This document shows, in pieces, positions 10,150-19,439 of a DNA stretch of 64,000 bases. Origin of the DNA: Spirochaetota bacterium (lineage in GTDB: Bacteria; Spirochaetota; UBA6919; CBDBPB01). A model generated the notes under the pieces. That model did not search any database, was not told the DNA's origin, and saw nothing but the letters and a program-made list of their open reading frames with translations. How positions within the stretch are numbered: position 1 is the stretch's first letter; each line of letters opens with the position of its first letter. The DNA is taken from contig CBDBPB010000006.1 of assembly GCA_965208615.1 (NCBI GenBank), positions 64,001 through 128,000 of the forward strand. The letters are read 5' to 3'. Position numbers and translations under genes: made by a program.

Positions 10150-11187
10150 TTAGTTTCCCTTGCTTTTATCATTGGTTATTATTTCTGCGAATTTAAATAT
10201 TTCTATTGGGGGATAGAATTTTAGCTTTCTTGCAGTATTAATATTAATTAAAAGAGTAAATCTTTCTAGTCTTTCTATTGGTATATCTTTTGGATGCTTA
10301 TTATGGACTAAAATTGCTTCAGCCTTATATCCTGCAAATTTACCAACGTTAAAATATTTACTAACAAGACCAAATAAAGCACCGGCTTTTCGTATAGGTC
10401 CTTCAGTAGCAGAAAAACTGGGTATTTTGTATTTATTAAGTAGGGAAACAACTTTTTTAGCATTGGATATTATAAAAGAATCTGATGGTATATATACTAA
10501 TTGTGGTTTTTTAGTTAGTAATTTCTTAATGACTAAAGGTATACTATTAACATCAGGTTTTTTTGTTTTTTTGTTTATATGTATAGGAGCCTCTATAACC
10601 TTATATTTGTGTAATTTGGATAAGGTTTTTAATGATTCTACCGCGGCATTAGAGTTATTTTCTTTTGGATTATAAATAACTCCAAGTTTGTTAAATTTAT
10701 GTACAGCTTTCATGGTACTTATTTGTTTACGGTATGGTACTAAATGGGAAGTTCCAGTAACTTTTCGGTTTGACGACTTACGGGACTCTACAATTTTAGA
10801 CTTTACAGGATTGGCTACAATATTAAATACTATTGGTATATCTGTAATATAGTTTTTATTTATTTGTTTATAGTCTTTATATGTTCCTGCAATTGTTTTT
10901 GTTACAGTTGTTCCAAAGGTATATATAAGGTCTGGTTTTTGTTTACGAATATCGTTAATGATTTCTTTTAATTTCTTTTTATCTTGTTTACAATCCTTTA
11001 TAATAAACTTTACTCTGACTTTATTTTCTTTAAAATAGCTTTTAAATCCTTTTTCAGCAAGGGTTTCTCCTCTCCATAAAACCATATATATAGTATATAT
11101 TTTTTTATTATCAGGTTTTAGTTTATTTGGTATTAATATTCCAATTATTATTAAGAATAGGGTAATTATTTTCATTTTACAATTCAT
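10150..11187 (-). CDS. ABC-type substrate-binding protein (ABC_sub_bind/PF04392-like)
   Basis: Signal peptide; PDLIYTFGTTVT, IPIVF, VTGTS, LGVIYNPKENNS, G..A..IL....P.DIPIE, LINI..A..L pattern. No ABC permease or ATPase adjacent. Confidence 0.85.
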   Translation of the reverse strand: MNCKMKIITLFLIIIGILIPNKLKPDNKKIYTIYMVLWRGETLAEKGFKSYFKENKVRVKFIIKDCKQDKKKLKEIINDIRKQKPDLIYTFGTTVTKTIAGTYKDYKQINKNYITDIPIVFNIVANPVKSKIVESRKSSNRKVTGTSHLVPYRKQISTMKAVHKFNKLGVIYNPKENNSNAAVESLKTLSKLHKYKVIEAPIHINKKTKKPDVNSIPLVIKKLLTKKPQLVYIPSDSFIISNAKKVVSLLNKYKIPSFSATEGPIRKAGALFGLVSKYFNVGKFAGYKAEAILVHNKHPKDIPIERLERFTLLININTARKLKFYPPIEIFKFAEIITNDKSKGN

Positions 11188-11316
11188 TTATTGTCTCCAA
11201 TAAAAATTGTTTTTGTCTACTATAAAGTTTATTTAGTAGAACTATATATTTTATTAATAAATGTTTTATAAAAAGGCAATTAAGTTAGTTTCTTTTTATA
11301 AAAGTTGGTTATTACT

Positions 11317-14300
11317 TTAAATAAAGTCATGTTTAAAGAATTCAGCTATTTTATATATATACCTGTCAGTTGAGTCATCTTGTGCATATTTATATCTGGC
11401 AAGTTTATCAACACCTATACGAATAAGATAGTCTTTAACTTCTTTGTTATCTATAATGTTATCAGACAAAACAGTATCTTCTTTATTACACAACTTCATC
11501 ATAGAGTTAGCCAAATTAAATACTTCTCCAAGGAAGTCTGGTTCTCCGTTACGGTTAAGGAATAAGCTATTTCCACGTTAATGGCGGAATAGAACATTGG
11601 TAGTTTTCCTTTAAGTTTTTTAGAAGAAAGAGGTGTAGACTGATCATTTAATAGATCAAAAAGTATTTTTTTAGACTCAATAAGCCCTTTTATGCTGTCT
11701 AAAGGGCTAAGAAAAGATACTTTAATAAAGTTATCAGCAATATCAAGGGTTATACCGCTATATTTTCTAAAAACTTTGCTGAGTTCTAAAAATACTTTTT
11801 CAAGAAATAGTTTAAAAGAAAGGGGTAGCTTTTTACTATCTAAAGTACAGGCTAAGTATAAAATAGTAAGGTCATTAACGCCTACTTTTCCCTTTATAGT
11901 TTTATTACTAAAAAGTTCCTTTTGCCCTATAATGTGTATTAAGTCTAAACCAGAAAGTCTTTTTGGCATAAGGCTAATATCAAGAGGAGATGTTTTTTTA
12001 GAGAATAAAATAAAACCAATATTTTCATCGCTATTATTTTCTATAACAAACTCAACAGGACCTTGATTAATATTTATCATATTTGAGGAAAAATTATTTT
12101 TTGTATATTTAATCTCTAAAGATTGTTCATCATTACTAAAGGTTTTTCCTGAAGTAAGAGTACCTTTAGCTAATAAAAAAGGACAAAGATAAATATATTC
12201 TCCTTGTTCTAAAAAGGCTTTACTAATAAATGATTCACCTTCTTTAAGAGTTAGATCAATTTTTTTATCTATTTGTTCTGGTATAATATAAATAGGATAA
12301 TTAGATAGTTTTTTTACCTCTTGATTAATGGTAAAAACAACTTCTATAAGCTCATCCAATAGCACACTAAACTGGTTATCGCATAACTCGCAATATGAAA
12401 AAGGTTTTAGATCAGTTAAATGGGAGTGTACTTCTGTAACACAATTACAATATGCACAGTGTACCAGAACTTCCATATCAAAAAGTTCGACTTTATTAGA
12501 ATAGTATAAATATGTTAAAAGGAATTTTTTATCAATATTAAGTTTATTAGATAACTGGTAAATATTAACTCTATATAGTTCTTCGTCTTTAGCCTCTATA
12601 ATAAACACTTTTAATCTTTTTTTTATGTTACCATAAATGTCATAATATGGAACTAGTTTATCGTTATACAGTTCAGTAATTTTTTCTATTTTACTATCCA
12701 GCCATATCTCTAATTCAGTTTTATCTTTTTTTATATCAACAATGTTAGAAGGTATTTTTTCTTTTTTATCAGCTATAATTGTATGAGGATGGATTTTACT
12801 TTTTTTAAAGTCAAACACAATAAACATGAAGGCAAAAAGTCCACTACCAGTAAGAGTCATTATTCCAAGGGCAGTAATTGCTAAAGCAGGCTCCTGATAA
12901 TAGCTAATAAGATAACCCATAACAATAGGGCCAATAATATTACCAGTTCTTTCTAGTAGCCTAAACATACCAACTACAGTACCTATACCTATTTTTTTAC
13001 CTTCTGGTCTACATATCTCAGTTATTAGAGTAAGCTGTGAAGAAACTGCAATAGCATGTCCTAGTCCTACTAAAAATATGCAAATAATAACTCCTATTAT
13101 GTTATTGGGCCAAAAATAAACTATTAACAATCCTCCACCAGCAATAAAAGTTCCTATAATAATAAATACTTTTCTATTTTTTATTTTATCAGCTAGCTTA
13201 GCAATAATAGGTGAGCCAATAATCATAGCTAAACCATAAGCCATAATTGCTCGTCCAATATCTGCCTGATTAATGTCAATAGATTTAAGGTATTGGGGTA
13301 CAGTTAAGTATATAAAGCCAACCAAACAAATCTTAGCAGGTATAGCAATAAATAATGTCAGTACTAAAAACTCTCTGTTAGAGAAAAGTAATGTTAGATC
13401 AGTAAACTTAAACTTTTTTTTAGCTTTCTTTGTATCTATATTTTGGTCATATAAAAAGTAGTAAACAAATATCGCAGATATAAGACTCAAGACTCCGGAT
13501 ACAAAAAAGGTACTTTTATACCCAATATGATTAGCTAATATTCCTCCTATAGCAGATCCTGCGAGTGCACCAGCAAAAAAACCAGATAAGAATAGGGCCA
13601 TACCTCTACTTCTATTATCTGGGCTAGTATTATCTATTACATAGCCCTGACTAGATATAAAAACAATTCCGTATCCAATGGCAGTTATGGCCCTAATAAT
13701 AAGAAGGTCATATATATTAGTTGCTAAGCCTGTGCTAGTTAGGCCTATGGCGGTAATTATTGCACCAACTATAAAAGGTTTACGACGCCCAATACGATCA
13801 GACCAGGATCCTGAAGGTACTAATGATAATGCCCAAAATAGCATAAAAATAGATATAGGGAGTCCTATAATAATTTCTTTACTCAGCCAAGAAGAAAGAA
13901 CTCCGTTTACAGAGTATAGTTCATCTACATAAAGAGGGAAAAAGGAAATGGAAAAGGATTCTGAAAATATTAATAAAAATAATGCTGGTCTAATGTATGC
14001 TAAGTTACTAGCTGTAAACTTAATAGGCTTATCGATATTACCAAATTTGTATTTTAAGTCTATTTTTTTTAATATGTTTTCTGGCATCTCAAATTTGCTT
14101 AGGTGTATTATTTTACCTACTAGCGTATAATAGGCATTATTTATTTTACTTACTGTTTCGTTGTATAGTGCTATAAGCTTACCTATTTCATCTTTTGATT
14201 TAAAGGATAAGTATTTAGAAAAGTTACCTTTAGATGCAGTAGATAATACATCATTAAGAGAGGTCATTGGAGCAGAAACAGTATGAGCAACAAAAAATAC

Positions 14301-14852
14301 AACAAGTTGAAATGCGACTAAAAATGTTATTACAATTACGGTTAGTATGTCGTAATACATTTCTTTTAGTTTATCTTGAACAAATTCTTTAGTAATCCCG
14401 AGGTGAAGGGTACCTAGCAATTTATTATTTATTTTAATTGGTAGAGAGCTATTGTGATATTTGCTAATTAAGGTATATCTATATGTATTAAGAGTTCTAA
14501 CGTTTTTTTGTTTAAAGTATTTTTTAATTTCTTTATCGAGCTTACCATGGTGATGTAGAACTTCTCCGTTTAAGTCATTTATGGATAAATATTTAATTTC
14601 TTTATTTGCATCTAAGATATTAATAAAGTGTTGTTTAGTATTTATTTTTTGAAAAGGAAAGATTTTTACATGTTTTATAATAAGTTTGTTTATAGATTCT
14701 CCAATAATTTTTGATTTATTGTGGATTTCTGGAGTTAGTTTTTTTTCAAATTGGTCTATAGAAAAGTATGATATTAACAAAGAGGATAAAATAACTAAGA
14801 ATAGTGTAAAGCTAAGAATTTTTCTATTTATACTATGAGAATTAGTTGCCAT
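11317..14852 (-). CDS. Fusion: TM-periplasmic sensor-TM-HAMP + 12-TM MFS transporter + Cys4 (DUF5939-like) domain + degenerate class III cyclase; frameshift at about 11578
   Basis: ORF 11499-14852: HAMP 'APMTSL..KGNFS..SKDEIGKL..YN'; MFS motif A 'GSWSDRIGRRK' and 'AKLADKIKNRK'; HCAYC..x18..YCELC; cyclase-like 'LTILYLAC', 'GITLDIADNFIKVSF'. After 'SAIN' the adjacent frame reads RGNSLFLNRNGEPDFLGEVFNLANSMMKL.. and runs through ORF 11317-11514, completing the cyclase fold (about 1178 aa if one base is restored). Confidence 0.82.
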
Positions 14853-15672
14853 TAAGATTTTCTACCTTACCATATTTAAATTTACTATCTATAGAGTCAA
14901 TATCTTTAATTAATTCTTTTCTTATTTTGTTGAAGGCCAAAAAGTCTTTTAGCGAGTCAGGTTTTTTACTACTTAAATGAGGAAGTTTAGTGCTATGGCC
15001 TTCTAGGGTCGAAGCCATAAATTTAAAATCTTTTATAACATTGCGAAGATATAAATAAACTCCAACGGTAGTAATTATTGTAAATATTATAAAAATGCTT
15101 ATTCCTCCTTGAGAAAGTACTAAGATCATTCCGTCAACACTATCTTCAAGGTATTCTTTTGAATATCCTAAAATCACTGCACCTTGTTTTACGCCAAAGT
15201 TGTTTATAAAGGGTAGTCCAATTACTATGGCTTTTTTAGTTTCAGGCAGTCGGACTATTACATTTTTACTACTCACAGTTTTTTTAATATTATTTTCTTT
15301 ACTAACAGTAGTTTTTCTTAATATTTTTTCTTTCCAAGAGGAGCTAACATTAGTATTAATGTTTTCAGCACTAGTAGAGAATATTATTTTTCCTTTATTA
15401 TTAATTACCTGTATAAAGTCTATATTTTCATCACTTTGTTTTTGTTCGATGAATGAGGTTTTTATACTTTCTACGCTATTATCTGTATTTAATCCGAGGT
15501 TTAGTTGATATTCTAGAGCTTCTTTCATATTTTCTATAACTACGCTATATGTTGTACTAACTAGTTTTGTATAGGTATTTTTAAAGTTATAGAAGTTCAA
15601 GAAGGCGTTTAGAACCAAGGAAAAAAGTAGAACAAACATAATCATAATGGATATTTTAAGTGATAAGCCCAT
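14842..15672 (-). CDS. Two-TM membrane protein with periplasmic Cache-like domain and short cytoplasmic tail, no output domain
   Basis: TM helices at the N-terminus and around residues 185-208; 'IDFIQVINNKGKIIFS' and 'IGLPFINNFGVKQGAVILGYS' resemble the periplasmic part of the downstream fusion; 11-bp overlap with it. Confidence 0.75.
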   Translation of the reverse strand: MGLSLKISIMIMFVLLFSLVLNAFLNFYNFKNTYTKLVSTTYSVVIENMKEALEYQLNLGLNTDNSVESIKTSFIEQKQSDENIDFIQVINNKGKIIFSTSAENINTNVSSSWKEKILRKTTVSKENNIKKTVSSKNVIVRLPETKKAIVIGLPFINNFGVKQGAVILGYSKEYLEDSVDGMILVLSQGGISIFIIFTIITTVGVYLYLRNVIKDFKFMASTLEGHSTKLPHLSSKKPDSLKDFLAFNKIRKELIKDIDSIDSKFKYGKVENLNGN

Positions 15673-15956
15673 TTTTATTTCTCAAAAGAATTTTTTTATA
15701 TTATAAAGCATTATAAATTTAATAATTTTTAAGGATAATTTATTATTAAATTAATCGATAAGTTATTGCTCAAAATTAAGCAAACTATAAATAAATTGGA
15801 ATTGATCTTAGATACAATAAAAAAAGAAGCAATTTAGCCATTATTATTATGGTTAACTTATTAATAAATTAAATAAGGTTAGAAAATATTAAAAAGTATA
15901 ACACAGAAACATGGATAAATAAAGTTTTCACCAGTAAAAAAGGGTGTAAAATAGCA

Positions 15957-17333
15957 TTGGTATATCCTAATGAATACTCTTTGGGTATGAGTAATTTAGG
16001 TTTTCAAGGACTGTTTTATAATCTTGTTAAAGTTCGTAACCTTCATATAAATAGATTTTTTTTTAACCCTAAAAAAAATAAAACTATTTCTCCAGAAAAA
16101 GATTTTAATTTAAATCAGGCAAAAATAATTTTAATATCTCTTTCCTTTGAGCTAGACTTTATAAACATCATTAAAATCTTGACTTCTAACAACATAAACC
16201 CCCATACTAATAAAAGAGTAGATGGCTTTATTGGTGTTGGAGGTATTTTTGCTAATCTCAATCCAGATTTTTGCTTGGCATTTGCTGATATTATATTTAT
16301 GGGAGAGTTTGAATGCTATATTAGCAATATTATAGAGCTATGTTTATTGTCTTTTAATAAAAATAGATATGGCATTATTGATCTTGCACATAAAGTAGTA
16401 GAAAACTTTATCTACCGTGGTAGTGATGATAAGATACCCATTTGTCAACCTCTAAAAGAGCCTAACTTTAGTAATATTTTAACACCAAATTCTAGTTTTT
16501 CCAATACTCTATTGGTAGAAATTAGTAGAGGATGCTTGTTTAACTGTAGGTTTTGTATAGTACCATCTATATATGGTAAGATTAGGTTTTTTGATAAAAA
16601 TAAGCTTTTTAAAATATTTGATATGGGGCTTGTAAAAACTTCAAAAGTTGGACTAATAAGTACTCTAACTACTGAACATCCTAATCTAAAAGAAATGGTA
16701 TATTATATTAATAAAAAAGGTGGAAAAGTTAGTTTTTCTTCTCTTAGGGTTGAGGATATTGATGATGAACTCCTTAGTATTATTAAAGATAATGGACAAA
16801 ATATTTTAACTATAGCTCCAGAGGTAGCCTCTGAAAAGCTCAAAAGAAAAATTAGGAAGTTTATAAAAACTGAAACTATAATTAATACTTTTCAACGGGG
16901 TATAGTAAAAGGTATTAAAAAGTTTAAGCTTTATTTTATTATTGGCTTTGAAGAAGAAAACCAGGAAGATTTATATAGTATTGTTGAACTAGTTAAATCT
17001 CTTAGGACTATGGCATTATCATATACAAAAGAACTTAAGTATATGCCAGAAATAATACTTAGTATTAATCAATTTATACCTAAACCTCATTCAAAGTTAG
17101 AGGGAGAGGTTTTTTTAAATAAAGTAGATATAGAAAAAAAAATAAAATATATTAAAAAATTATTACTACCCTTGGGTATAACCATAAAAGTGGATGACTA
17201 TATAAAAAGTTTTTTTCAGTGGTACTTCGGTAAAGGTGATAAGCTAACCTCGACTAGGATAATCGATTTAATAATAGAAAATCATTCTAAGAAAGGCTTA
17301 TACCGTAAAATAAAGGGGTATAAGCCAAAATAG
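15957..17333 (+). CDS. Radical SAM protein (YgiQ/TIGR03960-like family)
   Basis: VYPNEYSLGMSNLG, EISRGCLFNCRFC (CxxxCxxC), TIAPE, KLYFIIG, FIPKPH. Start uncertain: the frame is open back to a TAA at 15870. Confidence 0.85.
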   Translation: MVYPNEYSLGMSNLGFQGLFYNLVKVRNLHINRFFFNPKKNKTISPEKDFNLNQAKIILISLSFELDFINIIKILTSNNINPHTNKRVDGFIGVGGIFANLNPDFCLAFADIIFMGEFECYISNIIELCLLSFNKNRYGIIDLAHKVVENFIYRGSDDKIPICQPLKEPNFSNILTPNSSFSNTLLVEISRGCLFNCRFCIVPSIYGKIRFFDKNKLFKIFDMGLVKTSKVGLISTLTTEHPNLKEMVYYINKKGGKVSFSSLRVEDIDDELLSIIKDNGQNILTIAPEVASEKLKRKIRKFIKTETIINTFQRGIVKGIKKFKLYFIIGFEEENQEDLYSIVELVKSLRTMALSYTKELKYMPEIILSINQFIPKPHSKLEGEVFLNKVDIEKKIKYIKKLLLPLGITIKVDDYIKSFFQWYFGKGDKLTSTRIIDLIIENHSKKGLYRKIKGYKPK

Positions 17334-17336
17334 TTA

Positions 17337-18884
17337 TTATATTCTGTCTTTTATAAGGGTAGTTTTTAACTCTCTAAGTTTAATAACTTTGTTTATAGCA
17401 CTAACATATGCCTTAGCACTTGCATATATTATATCAGTACTTGATCCATGACCAGAGCTATGCTCTTTTTCATGGTTAATAACTATACTGACCTCTCCCA
17501 TAGCCTCAGTACCAGGGGTTACGGCATTAATTGTATATCGTTCTAGCTTTACGTTAATACCAGTTATTTTATCAATGGCTTTAAAGAGAGCGTTAACTGG
17601 TCCATCACCTGTTGAGGCAGATTTAAACTTTTTGTTATCTTTATCTAAAACAACTGTTGCACTGGATACAGCTGGATCACTACCACAAAAAGTATGAAAA
17701 TCAAAGATTTTATATATTTGATCACTACGCTGTATTTCATCAGCTATAATAGAGTAAAGATCTTCATCATATACTTCCTTTTTTTTATCTGCCACTAAAA
17801 CAAACCTATTATATACCTTGTCAATTTCTTCATTAGACAATGCTATGCTTAAATCTTCTAAACGGCTTTTCAAGCCATGTTTACCTGAGTGTCTACCTAA
17901 TACCATTGAACTTTTAGGCCTACCAATAGATTGGGGAGTCATAATCTCATATGTTTGACTAGATTTTAACATTCCATCTTGATGTATGCCTGCTTCGTGT
18001 GCAAAAGCATTTTTTCCAACAATGGCTTTATTTGGCTGTACAGATACCCCTGTAATCTTTGACAATAGAGTACTGGTGTAATAAATTTCTTTAGCCTTTA
18101 CAGTTGAAGGTATTTTGTAAAAGTCTTTTCTTACATTCAAACTCATTACTATTTCTTCCAAAGAGGCGTTACCAGCACGCTCACCAATACCGTTTATGGT
18201 ACACTCTACTTGTCTTGCACCTGCACTAATCGCAGAAAGAGAGTTAGCCACCGCTAAACCAAGGTCATTATGACAGTGTACGCTTATAATAGAGTTATTT
18301 ATATTTTTGACATTTTTAAAAAGTTTAGTTATTAGGTTATAAAATTCTAAAGGAGTACTATATCCAACAGTATCGGGTATGTTAACCACATTAGCACCGG
18401 CCTCAATAACCCCAGATGTTATTTCTGATAGAAAGCCAATATCACTTCTACTTGCGTCTTCGGCAGAGAACTCTACATCTTTACAAAGGGATTTTGCTAA
18501 TTTTACAGAGTCTATTGCCATTTTTAGAACATCATTAGATGACTTTCTTAATTTGTATTTCATGTGAATAGGGCTTGTGGCGATAAAGGTATGTATTCTT
18601 GGATTGTTGGAGTGTTTTACTGCCTCATAACATGTTGTAATATCTTTTTCCATAGCCCTTGCTAAGCCGGATATAATTGTTCCTTTAACCTCTTTGGCAA
18701 TACGTTTTACAGCTTCAAACTGAACGTGAGATGAAATAGGAAATCCAGCTTCAATAATATCCACTTTTAATTTACTAAGTTGGTTAGCAAGCATAACTTT
18801 TTCATCTATATCCATGGAAAACCCTGGAGCTTGTTCTCCATCTCGTAAGGTGGTATCCAATATATAAATTTTGTTTTGTTTCAT
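17337..18884 (-). CDS. leuA: 2-isopropylmalate synthase
   Basis: DTTLRDGEQ, HCHNDLG, GERAGN, HEAGIHQDG, C-terminal regulatory domain GDGPV. Confidence 0.96.
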   Translation of the reverse strand: MKQNKIYILDTTLRDGEQAPGFSMDIDEKVMLANQLSKLKVDIIEAGFPISSHVQFEAVKRIAKEVKGTIISGLARAMEKDITTCYEAVKHSNNPRIHTFIATSPIHMKYKLRKSSNDVLKMAIDSVKLAKSLCKDVEFSAEDASRSDIGFLSEITSGVIEAGANVVNIPDTVGYSTPLEFYNLITKLFKNVKNINNSIISVHCHNDLGLAVANSLSAISAGARQVECTINGIGERAGNASLEEIVMSLNVRKDFYKIPSTVKAKEIYYTSTLLSKITGVSVQPNKAIVGKNAFAHEAGIHQDGMLKSSQTYEIMTPQSIGRPKSSMVLGRHSGKHGLKSRLEDLSIALSNEEIDKVYNRFVLVADKKKEVYDEDLYSIIADEIQRSDQIYKIFDFHTFCGSDPAVSSATVVLDKDNKKFKSASTGDGPVNALFKAIDKITGINVKLERYTINAVTPGTEAMGEVSIVINHEKEHSSGHGSSTDIIYASAKAYVSAINKVIKLRELKTTLIKDRI

Positions 18885-18966
18885 AATTACCCCCTATAAT
18901 TATATGAAAGTATATATCTAATTGATTTATAAGCAATAAGGTAATAGATAATAAGATATTTACCCC

Positions 18967-19053
18967 TTAAAGGGGTAGGAGTTTATAAAGGAGAGTTAAT
19001 TTAATAAAACCTAATTTTATTTGATTATGATAAGAGATGATTTTAGGTATCAT
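18967..19053 (-). promoter_or_regulatory. Putative leucine-rich leader peptide (MIPKIISYHNQIKLGFIKLTLLYKLLPL) / leuA attenuator
   Basis: Translated by hand: 28 codons, 7 Leu, 5 of them in the last 8 codons (CTC CTT, CTC CTA, CTT). The stop overlaps the loop of the TACCCCT/AGGGGTA hairpin (18961-18977), 82 nt upstream of leuA. Confidence 0.6.
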
Positions 19054-19439
19054 AATATTACTATTAGTCTATTTAATTTTATTTAAGATAATAAAGGTTA
19101 TTGCTAAAGTAAAGATTTTTAGTTTTTTTATTTTATAGGTTTATACGATGGCTTAAGAAAACTGTTTAATTCTAAATTAGTTTGTTAGTTGCTATAAACT
19201 ATTTAATTTTTTAAAAAATTTAATATACAAAATAAAGTTATAATTTAGTATATTAAAATGAGACAATTACTAATTCGTATAAACCTAGTCTAGAGTATTG
19301 TTATTAAAATAAACTTGTACATAAAAGTCTAGGGATATGTTTTGCTAGAGCATTATATTGAAAGCTTAGGATTGTTTAATTTTAAATATATTAGTTCAAA
19401 TCTAAGGTAAATAATTTTCCCTAAAAATCAGGAATATTT

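Noticed and set aside
11317-11514. 65-aa ORF as an independent small gene
   Set aside because: Its frame is open back to about 11577 and encodes the missing end of the cyclase-like domain of the upstream fusion.
7608-15672. Horizontal acquisition of the MFS-cyclase cluster
   Set aside because: No mobility genes or flanking repeats seen, and a compositional difference cannot be established by eye; it needs GC-skew and codon-usage computation.
15849-15956. In-frame ATG at 15849 with TAA at 15870 upstream of the radical SAM gene (readthrough or recoding)
   Set aside because: More simply an uncertain or non-ATG start; no other sign of stop-codon reassignment in the window.
19285-19360. Short AGTCTAG(A/G)G direct repeats upstream of the PP2C gene
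   Set aside because: Only 7-9 bp, irregular spacing, and CTAG is common in this window; not a CRISPR array or convincing operator.
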